Shown piece by piece: positions 49,107-59,096 of a stretch of DNA of 64,000 nt. The notes below the pieces were generated by a model, which was not told the origin of the DNA, ran no database searches, and was given only the letters and a program-made list of their open reading frames with translations. Source of the stretch: Longimicrobiales bacterium (GTDB lineage Bacteria; Gemmatimonadota; Gemmatimonadetes; Longimicrobiales; Gaopeijiaceae); contig OZ250165.1 of NCBI GenBank assembly GCA_965238005.1, forward strand, positions 4,640,001-4,704,000, written 5' to 3'. Each line of letters starts with the position of its first letter. Position 1 is the first letter of the stretch. Both the position numbers and the translations under genes were made by a program.

Positions 49107-50884
49107 CCGATGCTCCCGCGCTGGAGCTCATCCACCAGGTAGTCTGTCGCGCGCCACGCGACCGACATGATGCTCAACGTGGGGTTCTTGTCGGCGTTCG
49201 ACAGGAAAGATCCCCCATCGGTCACGAAGAGGTTGTCCACCTCCCACGACTGGCAGAAGGAGTTGAGCACGGCCCTCGAGGGGTCGTCGCCCATACACAC
49301 GCCCCCCACTTCGTGAATGATTTCGCCGGGCGGGGCGATGGCCTGGGCGCCATCGTCGTGGATGGTGCTGAGCACTCGGCCGCCCATGGACTCGATGATT
49401 TCGGCGAACGTGTGCTCCATATGCCGGGCCTGGTTCAGCTCGTGGTCCGACCACTTCCACCAGAAGCGAAGGACCGGGATGCCCCACTGATCCACGGTGT
49501 CCGGATCGATCTCGCAATAGCAGTCCTCGTTGGGAATCATCTCGCCCCGTCCGGAGAAGCTGAGGAACGACCCGTAGTAGCGGCGGCAGTCCTCCTTGAA
49601 CGCCTGTCCGTAGGACCCCCCCGTAAAGCGTTCCAGCCTATTGAAGGTGCCGCCGCCCGGCATGCGCCGTCCGCCTCCGAACTCGATGTGATAACCCCTC
49701 GCGAAGTCCAGGCGACCCCGGGCCTGCTCCTCGTATAGCCACCAGGGCATATACATATGCAATCCCGAGGCGCCGTCGGTGTTGTGGGGCGGCATGTTCT
49801 CCAACGCCGGGATCTGGCCCTGCACCTCGGCGCCCACCGTGTCCATGATGTATTTCCCCAGCAGTCCGCTTCCGTTGGCGAGGCCGTCCGGAAACAGGTC
49901 GCTCTTGGAGTTCAGGAGGATCCGAGCGGACGAGAGAGCGCTCGCGGCGAGGACCACGACGCGTGCGCTGACGTGCTCGTCGAGACGGGTGCGCTTGTCG
50001 ATGTAGTGGACGCCCGTGGCCCTTCCCCGTGCGTCGACCGTCACCTCACGCACCATGGCGTCAGTAATGAGGTCGACATTGCCCGTCGCCAGGGCCGGTG
50101 GGATCAGGACCGTCGTGGACTGGAAATTAGCCTTGATGGAGCACCCCCGTCCGCACGGTGTGGCCCAAAAACAGGCCGCCCGGGAGCGCATGGACTCGCT
50201 GAGCACCCGCTGAGCCAGCGGGTTGTTCGGATGTATGAGTCCCGGAAGAGTCCCGTGGTCCTGGACCTCCGAAAGGATCGCTCTGTGGGCCGGGATCACG
50301 GGAATTCCCAGATTTGCGCAGGCGCGCCGGGTAAAGAGTTCGTGGGCGCGCGGTGCGGGCGGGGCCTGGAGGACCCCGGGGGACGAGTCGGGCGTGTTCT
50401 CGAGCCCTTCGTTAGACCCGTACACGCCGATGAGCCTCTCGGTCTTGTCGTAGTAGGGGGCCATATCCTCGTACGTCATGGGCCAGTCGAAGCCCAGGCC
50501 ATCCCGTGAGTGGTGCTTGAAGTCGTACGGTCCCATGCGGAGCGAGATGCGGCCCCAGTGGTTGGTACGGCCACCCAGCATTCGGGGCCTCCACCAGCGA
50601 AACTCGGTGCCCTCGCCGCTTGTGTACGGCTCGCCGGGGACCTGCCAGCCGCCGTCGACCGTGGCGTCATAGAAGCCGAAGGGTTTCTCGGGCGTCTCGG
50701 CTCCTCTGAGCGGTGCATCCTTGGGGAGGTTGAACATGGGGGTCTCGGTAACCGGGTCGTAGTTCCTCCCGGCTTCGAGTAAGAGGACCTTCACTCCGGC
50801 CACGGCGAGGAGATAAGCGCACATGCCACCGGCGGCGCCCGAGCCCACTATGATGACGTCGTACTCCTGTTGGGCTCTGCTCAT
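49103..50884 (-). CDS. GMC family FAD oxidoreductase (glycoside 3-dehydrogenase-like)
   Basis: IVGSGAAGG, LGGRTNHWGRISLR, IIHEVGG..MG, DKNPTLSIM. Confidence 0.92.
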   Translation of the reverse strand: MSRAQQEYDVIIVGSGAAGGMCAYLLAVAGVKVLLLEAGRNYDPVTETPMFNLPKDAPLRGAETPEKPFGFYDATVDGGWQVPGEPYTSGEGTEFRWWRPRMLGGRTNHWGRISLRMGPYDFKHHSRDGLGFDWPMTYEDMAPYYDKTERLIGVYGSNEGLENTPDSSPGVLQAPPAPRAHELFTRRACANLGIPVIPAHRAILSEVQDHGTLPGLIHPNNPLAQRVLSESMRSRAACFWATPCGRGCSIKANFQSTTVLIPPALATGNVDLITDAMVREVTVDARGRATGVHYIDKRTRLDEHVSARVVVLAASALSSARILLNSKSDLFPDGLANGSGLLGKYIMDTVGAEVQGQIPALENMPPHNTDGASGLHMYMPWWLYEEQARGRLDFARGYHIEFGGGRRMPGGGTFNRLERFTGGSYGQAFKEDCRRYYGSFLSFSGRGEMIPNEDCYCEIDPDTVDQWGIPVLRFWWKWSDHELNQARHMEHTFAEIIESMGGRVLSTIHDDGAQAIAPPGEIIHEVGGVCMGDDPSRAVLNSFCQSWEVDNLFVTDGGSFLSNADKNPTLSIMSVAWRATDYLVDELQRGSIG

Positions 50885-51684
50885 GGCAGCTGCCTAATTT
50901 TGATGCTCCGGAAGGCGACTCTGTCTCCGTGATCCTGCAGCCCGATGTGGCCTCTGGACGCCTGTCCGTATTCAGGCCACTCCTTGAACTTGCTGCCGGC
51001 GACCCGCTCCAACCAGTCGGCGCTGTGGAGCTCGTATTCCACGGTACGCACGCCGTTCAACCAATGCTCCACGTGGTCGCCGTTCACGAGAATGCGCACG
51101 GAGTTCCACTCTCCGACGGGCCGCGCCAGGCCGCGGGGAGTCGGATGGAGCCCGAAGTTGGACCCCGCCGAGGTGAGGGCCGACCGACCGTCGGGGTGGT
51201 TCTCGTCGTCGAGGATCTGCATTTCGGGAGCCCCCATGTAGATGCTCTCGGGGCCTTCCACAGCACGGAAAAAGACGCCGCTGTTCCCGCCGAGCTCCAC
51301 CTTCCACTCCAGTGTCAGGTCGAAGTTCTCGAACTGCTCCATGGTGATGACGTCCCGCCCTGGTTCGAGAAGGGTGAGCTCTCCGTCCAGGACCCGCCAC
51401 CCGTCGGGCATTCCGCCCATCATATAGCCGCGCCACCCTTCCGTGCTGTGCCCGTCGAAGAGGAGCTCCCAGCCCGCCTCGCGCTCGGTGTCCGTCAGCG
51501 TGTTGATCGGTGGTGAGAGCGGCGGCGTCTGTTGCGCCCCGGCCGATCCCGAGAGTAGGAGCGGCCCGCATCCCAGCATCCCGACACCCAGAGCGGGGAG
51601 CAGGCAAGCGATCAAGCGTGCTCGTGCCCCCTGCCGCCGGGCAAGGAATCCGGCGGTCTTCGTGGCCCCGGTCACATCGACCAT
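50881..51684 (-). CDS. DUF1080 (3-keto-disaccharide hydrolase family) protein; start codon uncertain
   Basis: GWELLFDG, NFDLTLEWKV..GGNSGVF, EMQILDD, HVEHWLNG, GHIGLQDHG..VAFRSIKIR. Confidence 0.9.
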   Translation of the reverse strand: MVDVTGATKTAGFLARRQGARARLIACLLPALGVGMLGCGPLLLSGSAGAQQTPPLSPPINTLTDTEREAGWELLFDGHSTEGWRGYMMGGMPDGWRVLDGELTLLEPGRDVITMEQFENFDLTLEWKVELGGNSGVFFRAVEGPESIYMGAPEMQILDDENHPDGRSALTSAGSNFGLHPTPRGLARPVGEWNSVRILVNGDHVEHWLNGVRTVEYELHSADWLERVAGSKFKEWPEYGQASRGHIGLQDHGDRVAFRSIKIRQLP

Positions 51685-51780
51685 CCGGGCCGGTACTCGC
51701 GCGTCAGGTACTGATTGGCCTTCTCGACGTTGGTCACACGCATGTTCTCTCCATCGTTCTCGATTTTCCCGCCTTGAAGC
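51672..51780 (-). pseudogene. C-terminal stub of a Gfo/Idh/MocA oxidoreductase
   Basis: DGENMRVTNVEKANQYLTREYRPGW is a typical C-terminus; the rest is replaced by the IS91-like remnant. Confidence 0.7.
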
Positions 51781-51789
51781 TCAACATGT

Positions 51790-52349
51790 TCTCCAGGCCG
51801 CAGCGCCCAACCCAAAAGTCCACGACTACCACCCAGGCATCGCGCTAGGGCGTAAGCAGGGCACCGCACAGGAGTTGCCCTCGGAGCAGCTCGACTCTCA
51901 GTCCGTCGCGGGTTCGTCAGGCGGCGCCCCGGGCCGCCGCACGTCCTCACGCTGGGCCTCCCTCATCGCGCGTATCTACCATGTCCTACCACTCGTCTGC
52001 CCGGGGCACCGCGCGAAGCGTGGTCGCGGTGCTTCGATGAGCATCATCGCCTTCATTACAGATCCCGTTCCCGTTCGCTCTATCCTCACCTACCTCGATC
52101 TTCCCAGTCGGCCTCCTCCCGTGACCGCCGCCCGCGCCCCACCCCAGACGGAGCTCGGATCGATCAGACCGGCGGGTTCGACTTGCATGGGCGAACGGTG
52201 AGCGTTTGCCTTGGCCGGTAGCGGCGTCAAAACGGGAGCTTCTTGGGCTGCCTCGACTCGCTTCTTGGCTACCTCGACTCGCTCAAGGAGCGTGCGAACT
52301 TGGCCAAGGGCCTTAACTTGGCCAAGGGCCCTTAAAATGCCTATCCCTA
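51790..52349 (+). mobile_element. IS91/ISCR-family element remnant: transposase C-terminus plus putative oriIS end
   Basis: SRWASLIARIYHVLPLVCP...MSIIAFITDPVPVRSILTYLDLP..PP..TAARAPP, followed about 130 nt later by TTAAAATGCCTATCCCT, which resembles the IS91/ISCR oriIS as I recall it (TTGAA.TTCCTAT.C). Confidence 0.7.
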
Positions 52350-52882
52350 CCAGCTGCGCGACCCGAAGCCTCATGTCCACCAGACGCCGGTCGGAGTGCA
52401 TGTTCTCGAAGCGAGCTTCGCACTCCTTCACGACACCCCACATACCAGATGGCCCGGTCACGTCCTGGGGTAGCCCCGACACGTTCGTGACGCCCTCGAC
52501 TATGGTGAGCCTGAGCAATCCCTCGTCGGAAGGCACGTAGAGGTCGAGAAAGGCCGAGAAGTCAGACGCGCCCTCTTCGGCGCCGAGATTCGGAGTGCGG
52601 CGCCGTAGTCGTCCTCGAAGGCGACCGAGGCCGCGGGACTCTGAGGGGAAATGTCGCTGAGGTCCTACCCTCCACCACGACCGTCCTGAGCCCGGCCTTC
52701 GTCAGAGCGGCGGCGGTCTCCTCCAGGGCGGCCCGGTCCTCCTGAGCGAACCAGATCTCGGGCACCCCGTAGGCGGCCTTCATCCGAACCTCGGCCGCAG
52801 TGAGGTGGAAGTGCGGCGCGGCTGCGACTGGATCCACTTCGTTGTGCGGAGGATCTGATACGAGGGGCGGCTGAGGATCCAT
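52350..52882 (-). pseudogene. Frameshifted hypothetical protein truncated at the IS91-like end
   Basis: Protein-like segments in different frames (AAEVRMKAAYGVPEIWFA; AFLDLYVPSDEGLLRLTIV...DRRLVDMR) that run into the putative oriIS. Confidence 0.5.
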
Positions 52883-53130
52883 GTCTTCAAGCTATGTCGC
52901 CGTTAGGACGCCCGCCACGAAAAAGAGGGCGGCGCTGGTTAAGGTCCGAATTGTTCTTCGCGTCTTCTCTGGGGCTATCGACGGTTGAGTTGACGCACAG
53001 CCAGCATTAACACCAAATCGAATTTCGTCCGTGCGCGGGCGTCGTGGCGCGACAGGAAGCACGCGACCAACTCGGTTGGGGACCTGACCATGAGCTGATC
53101 AATCCGGAAGTGTTCGGCAATTTCCCGCGA

Positions 53131-53793
53131 CTACGTAATCCCTTGGGGCGATGACGTAGGACGACAGCCGCGCACCATTAGCCAGAAGCTCACGCCCATC
53201 AGCAGGTGAGCGATGTCGATGTGGTTGAGCCAGGGCCCGACGGAGAGCCGTGCGGCGTATACAGCACCCGTGATGATGGAGAGAGAGAGGCCACCCGCGA
53301 TCCAACCTGCGCCGGGGTGTCCTCGGCAAAACGCCCTCGCCTCCACACCGATCACTGGCAATAGGCCCACCGCCGCGTTCACGATGAAGAGGAGAACCCG
53401 GGGACCCAGAGCGACGTTTCCAGCCAAGAACAGAAAAAGCTGAGCCTGGATAAGTCGATCGAGGCGGCGCTCCAGGTGCTCGGGCGCATGGGAGACCAGG
53501 GTCGCACGCTGTGCGAAGTACGTAGACATGCCGGTGGCGAGGCTCGAGACCCAGAGGACCAGGGACAGACCCGTCTGCGACAGCTCGTGCTTGAATCCGT
53601 GCTTGAAGACCCCCGCGAACGTCGCGATCGCCATCATCAGGAAGAAACCACTCCAGAGCCTCGAACGCGCCCCGAGCCCTGTCCTGAGGCTGCGGAAGTA
53701 GAGGAAGCACTGCACGGCGAGGACGAGATTCGTGCCCGCCGTGACAGGGGCTCGGATCGCGAATCCAGCGATCTCGATCCACGTCGTCTCCAT
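53131..53793 (-). CDS. Multi-pass membrane protein (DUF6962-like)
   Basis: PVTAGTNLVLA, AGVFKHG, WLNHIDIAH; about seven hydrophobic segments; GGAGG RBS. Confidence 0.7.
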   Translation of the reverse strand: METTWIEIAGFAIRAPVTAGTNLVLAVQCFLYFRSLRTGLGARSRLWSGFFLMMAIATFAGVFKHGFKHELSQTGLSLVLWVSSLATGMSTYFAQRATLVSHAPEHLERRLDRLIQAQLFLFLAGNVALGPRVLLFIVNAAVGLLPVIGVEARAFCRGHPGAGWIAGGLSLSIITGAVYAARLSVGPWLNHIDIAHLLMGVSFWLMVRGCRPTSSPQGIT

Positions 53794-54013
53794 GAGTCAT
53801 GCCTCCACGGAGTGCGAGGACGGGCGTGTGAACTTCCAGAAGTGGAACGCCTCGGTGAGGCCGACGACACCGGGACACCAGGCCGATACCCGCAAGGACG
53901 TGGCCCAACTCCTCCGGAGCTCGTTAATCAGCCATCTGGCCTGGGCGGTAAGGAGCGACGGCAAGCCGCGGGCATTGATCCCTATGCGTCGGGGAACCGG
54001 AGAGGTCAGGTCC

Positions 54014-54973
54014 TCACCAGCACTGGAACGGGTGATACTCGACCTCCCGATCCTGCTTGAGCAACTCCTCCGTCGCAGCGAGGTCGGGGCGGTCGGGTGG
54101 CACGCTGTTCTCCGCTCGACCGTCCGGGTAGATCGTGATCGTCGTAGTCTTGGAAAAAATCTTCTTCGCCTTCGCCCGCACCACTTGAAGCCCGCCGTCC
54201 GCGAGAACCGAGCGGTAGTACACGAGGTGCCCTTCGCCGATCACCCTGAACAGCGCGCCCAGCACACCGGACAAGGGGCGGCCGGACGTGCCGTCGATCT
54301 CGTCAAACATCACCACGTCGCCGAAGACCAACAGCCGGTACGTGATCTCTTGACGGTTCGTCACCCGGAGCTTAGGCACTGAGAGCGTATCGATGAAGCT
54401 GAATTTGTCGGTCCCGTCTGGCCGGTCGGGCCACGCGGTACGGACGTTCATCGCGAGGGTCGGGTGAGTGCCCTTCCCTACCGATCTGACGATGCCATCC
54501 GGTCGATACTCGAGCTGCGTGCCTTGATCCAGGTGGAGCGCCCACAACAGATGGTCAGGGGCCTTGCTCGGATCCACCACCCCGGCCAAACGGAGGAACT
54601 CCCAGAAGAGGTAGTCGGGGGAAATGAACAGCACGCCGCCGAACGGATTCCGCTCCATCGCATGCCGAACCAGCTGCAGGTATAGAGCGGACTGGAATCG
54701 CGTCCAGTTCGGCGTCGCGAGCAAGTCATACTCGCCGTAGGACAGTGCGGCCGTGCGCATCTCGGCTGCGAGTTCGGCACGGGGGATCGTATCAACCGGG
54801 CAGGCTGGTGCCTGAGCATGGGCACTTGGGCTCACCAAAAGCAGCGATAAAAGGAGCGAAACAACAGCGGTGAGAGCCGATCTGGAACGCTTCGGCATGG
54901 CCGAGAAGGCGATCTTGGAGCAGTCGGGCGTGGTAACGACATTCCGTGCGGCGACCATCGTATCTCGCTTCAT
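54014..54973 (-). CDS. Exported hypothetical protein; start codon uncertain
   Basis: Long ORF with signal peptide (LLLSLLLVSPSAHA-QAP) and GGAGGAG RBS. Confidence 0.7.
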   Translation of the reverse strand: MKRDTMVAARNVVTTPDCSKIAFSAMPKRSRSALTAVVSLLLSLLLVSPSAHAQAPACPVDTIPRAELAAEMRTAALSYGEYDLLATPNWTRFQSALYLQLVRHAMERNPFGGVLFISPDYLFWEFLRLAGVVDPSKAPDHLLWALHLDQGTQLEYRPDGIVRSVGKGTHPTLAMNVRTAWPDRPDGTDKFSFIDTLSVPKLRVTNRQEITYRLLVFGDVVMFDEIDGTSGRPLSGVLGALFRVIGEGHLVYYRSVLADGGLQVVRAKAKKIFSKTTTITIYPDGRAENSVPPDRPDLAATEELLKQDREVEYHPFQCW

Positions 54974-55026
54974 GGAAGCTCCTCCCCTCAACAACAAGTT
55001 ATCGCCGAGCGGGAAAAACCCTAATA

Positions 55027-55067
55027 CGTCAGATTACGTAGCGATAGCCCGTCAGATTACGTAGCGA
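55027..55067 (+). repeat. 18-bp direct repeat (period 23) in a promoter region
   Basis: CGTCAGATTACGTAGCGA at 55027 and 55050. Confidence 0.85.
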
Positions 55068-55400
55068 CTTGCCGAATGGAAGGAACGGGGAGCGCCCTTG
55101 CGACCAGCGTTCGGGACCGAGCCCTCAGACAGGAGCTCACGCAATCGCTCGAGCTGCTTCGCTCGATCTCGCACCGCCCGCCTGATGAGTTCAGACGGTA
55201 GATTGTGGGGACCACCGGCGGCGTCAAGCGATTCATGCCGGGGAAGAGGAGCTCAGCTACCCTGAATCGGACCCGTTCTACAGCCGATGGAACACCTTGA
55301 ACGTGTGGGAACGTCACGACTACATCCTTGGAATGGCGCTGGTCCTGTCGAACGCGATCGGACCGCGACCGTAGAGCCAGGTCGACAGGGGCGAGTATCT

Positions 55401-55446
55401 AGGAGCGTGCGAACTTGGCCAAGGGCCTTTAAAATGCCTATCCCTA
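55401..55446 (+). mobile_element. Solo 46-bp copy of the IS91-like end (putative oriIS)
   Basis: AGGAGCGTGCGAACTTGGCCAAGGGCCTTTAAAATGCCTATCCCTA matches 52286-52349, apart from an internal duplication in that copy. Confidence 0.65.
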
Positions 55447-55542
55447 GGTGACTTGTGTGTCTACTCTTCGCCGACGGGCGTCGAGAGTCCGCATCACCCT
55501 CGTTGGCGTGCCTCCGGCTACCTTTCCATAGGCGCCTCCTGG

Positions 55543-57030
55543 TCATCGGTTCTCGAAGAGAATCAGGAGATCGTCCACCTCGTCGATGCCGCTGACGTCC
55601 AGATCTCCGTCGTTGTCACGGTCGTGGAGGATCGCGCACGAGGCCGCGGTCGGAGCCGTGAGCGAGGTCGGAAGGCGGGACAAGAAACCATCCCCTAGGT
55701 TGGCGTGGACCTCGAAGTGTCCCGACCGGAAGTGGGACGAGACGGCGTCGAGGTCGCCGTCTCCGTCCAGGTCACCCAGGTCTATCGCGAGGGGAAACGC
55801 GCCCAGAAAATGGTTCTGGTCCAGCGTCAAGCCGGCCTCTCCATCTCCGAGGTAGACCGCCAGGGTCCCCTCGGATGCGTTCACGGCGGCGAAGTCCACG
55901 TGGCCGTCCCCATTGAGGTCGCCGTCCGCCAGCATCCAGGGGTCTCCACCGGCCGGTATCCGGTCCCTTTCGGTGAAGGTCCCGTCCCCGTTGGACACGA
56001 AGGCCGCGATGTCGAGGCTCAACCGTGACCCGATCACGAGGTCCATGAGACCGTCCTCATTGAGGTCTCCCGTGGCGCAGGACCACTCCCCGTCCCCTGC
56101 CTCGAAGGTGCCCCGCGAGCCGAAGATCCCGGATCCGTCGTTCTCGAACAGAGCTACGTGGCTCCCATCGTGCGTAGCGGCCGCGATGTCCGGGTCTCCG
56201 TCGTTCTCGAAGTCGAGAAGGCAGACTCCACGAACCTTGGCTCCAGCCTCCAGATTCTGCCGGTGCACGAGGCCGCCGGCCCCGTCGCCGTGGAAGATGG
56301 CCACATGGCTACCCTGAGCGCTCCCCACGGCAAAGTCGATGTCACCGTCCCCGTCGAAGTCGGCCCCTTCGTTCGTGCTCGGCTCGTTGGCCTCGGGGAT
56401 CGGCACTACCGTGAAGGGGCCATACCCCCCGGTCCCGTCGTTCATGAAGACCCGTAGGTCGCCGGACTCCTCGTTGGGCAGGATCAGGTCGGACCAGCCG
56501 TCGCCGTCTAGGTCCCCCGCGTACGCGCCATAGGTCTGGATGCGCTCTTCACCGGGGCGTCGCACGTCGAGCGTGCTCACGTGATCGAGGGTCATCGAGG
56601 TGGGTGTGACCGCTACCCAGAACGTCCAGGTGTGCCCCCGTTCCAGCTCGGCACCGTCCAAGGCGCGCACGGACCCCGTCGGAATGGTCGCCGTCACCCA
56701 CTCCCCTGCCGAGAGGGACCTCGAGGGGGAGAACCGAAGCGCGCGATCCTCGTCCGCCAGGGTCACAGAGCCCGCCAATACGCCGGACCACCGGCCGAAC
56801 ACCCGGACGTCGTCAGGCGACACGGTGGCCGCATCGAGTGGTCGGTCGAACTCCACGACCAAGTCATCGGAAGCGCCTACGGAAATAGTGTTGGGCGTCG
56901 GAGTGACAGACCGAATCTGGAGGGGGGTGCCGGGACCGATTCCGTCGTCGGAGCTCGAGCACGCCAGCACCAAGGGAGCCGAGGCAGTCAAACCGAGCAC
57001 CGTGGCCCTCACGAACGGAAATCGTGACAC
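55543..57030 (-). CDS. Lipoprotein with an Ig-like (Big_5-type) domain and FG-GAP/VCBS repeats
   Basis: Lipobox VLAC; VVEFDRPLDAATV; repeated GDLDGDG..D motifs. Confidence 0.9.
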   Translation of the reverse strand: MSRFPFVRATVLGLTASAPLVLACSSSDDGIGPGTPLQIRSVTPTPNTISVGASDDLVVEFDRPLDAATVSPDDVRVFGRWSGVLAGSVTLADEDRALRFSPSRSLSAGEWVTATIPTGSVRALDGAELERGHTWTFWVAVTPTSMTLDHVSTLDVRRPGEERIQTYGAYAGDLDGDGWSDLILPNEESGDLRVFMNDGTGGYGPFTVVPIPEANEPSTNEGADFDGDGDIDFAVGSAQGSHVAIFHGDGAGGLVHRQNLEAGAKVRGVCLLDFENDGDPDIAAATHDGSHVALFENDGSGIFGSRGTFEAGDGEWSCATGDLNEDGLMDLVIGSRLSLDIAAFVSNGDGTFTERDRIPAGGDPWMLADGDLNGDGHVDFAAVNASEGTLAVYLGDGEAGLTLDQNHFLGAFPLAIDLGDLDGDGDLDAVSSHFRSGHFEVHANLGDGFLSRLPTSLTAPTAASCAILHDRDNDGDLDVSGIDEVDDLLILFENR

Positions 57031-57060
57031 TCCGATGGCTCCCCGTGCAGCGTGGACTGA

Positions 57061-57290
57061 TCAATTGACCTCGAGGATGGTCGCCACGAGGACGAGACCC
57101 CATCCGGCGAAGGACAGCCCGACGAGTACCGGTGCGATCCCCGACCCCGCGACGTTCCACACCTCGCCGGTCATGGGACGCCACTGCCAGAAGAGGAGCG
57201 CCAGCAACAGCGCCACGTTGATGAGGAGAGCCTGACCCAACGATACGGCCCATGGGCGCCCTCCGAGTGCTAGGCCAACCCCGGTCCGGA
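57061..57290 (-). pseudogene. Remnant of a methanethiol S-methyltransferase (MddA-like) membrane protein
   Basis: LGQALLINVALL joined to LALLFWQWRPM..VW...GWGLVLVAT; both ends and an internal part are missing. Confidence 0.55.
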
Positions 57291-57526
57291 CCGTCGCCGG
57301 AGCAGCGGTCGACTCACTCGACACCCGCCCCCTTCCGCCTCACGGCAAAGCTGCCTCACCCGGGTAGGTAGGGCAAGCTTCACACGCTGCGGCTGCTCGT
57401 CACGAGGGGCGAGACGGCAGCAACCCGCCGGCCGATTTCCGTTATCTTCCCTGTTTCCGGCGTCCCGCGGCCACATCGAACGAGCTCCTTTCCCCTGCGG
57501 ACCCACTCACACATCGACGCCCACCC

Positions 57527-58852
57527 TTGAGACGCTCCAGCTCCTCCATCTTCCTCTTCTGGGTGCCCCTGGCGGCCACGTGGCTCATGATGGCTTCGGA
57601 GGGGCCGTTCGTAGCCGCGGTGATCGCCCGTCTGGCCGATCCCAAGTTCAACCTGGCGGCCTACGGCCTGGCCTTCGCGTTCGCAATCCTCATCGAGGCG
57701 CCGGTCATCATGCTCATGAGCGCGTCGACGGCCCTCGCGGAGGATTCGGAGACGTATCGCAAGCTCAGGAACTTCACACACGGGCTGAGCGTGCTGTCCA
57801 CCGGCCTCCTTCTGCTCGTGTTGGTTCCGCCGGTCTACGGCTGGTTGATGAGCACCGTTATCGGTCTGCCGGACGAAGTGGCCGATCTGACCTACGGAGC
57901 CCTGTGGATCTTCCTGCCGTGGGCGGGAGCCATCGGGTATCGACGGTTCGTGCAGGGCCTACTGATCCGTTCGGGGCGCACGCGCCTCGTGGCCCTGGGA
58001 ACCGTGGTGCGGATCTCGACCATGGCGGCCACCGCCCTCACGCTGTACTGGAGCTTCTCGCTTCCGGGCGCGTGGGTCGGAGCAGCCGCGTTGACCGCGG
58101 GTGTCTGCGTGGAGGCCGTGGCCGCACGGCTCATGGCCGTCACCGCCATCCGTGAGCTCCTCGCCCACGACACTGCGAACCCCGAGGCGGGCGAGGTACT
58201 GGGCTACCGGGGCATCGCCCGGTTCTACTACCCACTGGCCCTGACCTCGGTCATCGGACTCACGGTGCAGCCGCTGCTCACCTTCTTCATGGGTCGCGCC
58301 CTGTCACCCCTCGAATCACTGGCCGTCTTCCCGGTCGTGCATGCCCTCTCGTTTCTCTTCCGATCCTTGGGGCTGAGCTTCCAGGAGGCCGCCCTGGCTC
58401 TCATGGGAAAGCGGCACGAGCACTTCCCCGAGCTGGCGCGGTTTGCCCTCTGGCTCGCGCTCGCGACGTCTGCCGCCCTCGGCCTGGTGACCTTCACGCC
58501 CCTCGCCTCCGTGTGGTTCGCGACCATCTCAGGTCTGACCCCCGAGTTGACCGCCTTCGCCCTCGGCCCGGCCCGTATCCTGGTGCCCCTTCCCGCACTG
58601 TCGGTTCTGCTCTCGCTCCAGAGAGCGGTTCTCATACAGGAACGCAGGACCCATCCCATCACGGTGGCCACGTCCATCGAGGTCATGGGGGTAGCCATCC
58701 TCTTCGTGACCTTCGGGTGGGGACTGGACTTCGTGGGCGTCACGGCGGCCATCATCGCCTTCCTGGGAGGCCGGCTGGCCGGAGTGCTCTATCTGATGCG
58801 GAGCTGCCTGGATGTGCTGCGGGGAGCCAGCGTCGACCCTGCCGAGGCGTAG
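57527..58852 (+). CDS. MATE/MOP-fold membrane transporter, ANKH-like
   Basis: About 12 TM segments in two repeats (FWVPLAATW...LAAYGLAF; FYYPLALTS...LAVFPVVH). Confidence 0.7.
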   Translation: MRRSSSSIFLFWVPLAATWLMMASEGPFVAAVIARLADPKFNLAAYGLAFAFAILIEAPVIMLMSASTALAEDSETYRKLRNFTHGLSVLSTGLLLLVLVPPVYGWLMSTVIGLPDEVADLTYGALWIFLPWAGAIGYRRFVQGLLIRSGRTRLVALGTVVRISTMAATALTLYWSFSLPGAWVGAAALTAGVCVEAVAARLMAVTAIRELLAHDTANPEAGEVLGYRGIARFYYPLALTSVIGLTVQPLLTFFMGRALSPLESLAVFPVVHALSFLFRSLGLSFQEAALALMGKRHEHFPELARFALWLALATSAALGLVTFTPLASVWFATISGLTPELTAFALGPARILVPLPALSVLLSLQRAVLIQERRTHPITVATSIEVMGVAILFVTFGWGLDFVGVTAAIIAFLGGRLAGVLYLMRSCLDVLRGASVDPAEA

Positions 58853-58928
58853 GCCCTCGGTCACGTCGAGGGGATCTGTCTCGCCCTGGCGGTCACTTCC
58901 GCAGCGGACGCGGCAGGGCTTCCTCGAC

Positions 58929-58969
58929 TGAGCGGTACCCCTGATGGGTGAGCGGTACCCCTGATGGGT
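58929..58969 (+). repeat. 20-bp perfect tandem duplication
   Basis: TGAGCGGTACCCCTGATGGG x2. Confidence 0.95.
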
Positions 58970-59033
58970 AACAGTTACACACCCGGTTGCCCCGGTCCCG
59001 AGACGGCGGCATCGTAGCTGTCGGGGTCCGCGC

Positions 59034-59096
59034 CCCCGATCAGGATCGGATTCGCCCCGTTCAGGATGGGATTTGCCCCGATCAGGATGGGACCCG
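59034..59096 (+). repeat. Three 21-bp imperfect tandem repeats upstream of the RraA-family gene
   Basis: CCCCGATCAGGATCGGATTCG / CCCCGTTCAGGATGGGATTTG / CCCCGATCAGGATGGGACCCG. Confidence 0.9.

Noticed and set aside
57335..57430. c-di-GMP-I riboswitch-like words (GGCAAAGC...GGTAGGTAG) and two hairpins upstream of the transporter
   Set aside because: The GAAA-tetraloop stem and other consensus elements are missing; it cannot be supported without a covariance search.
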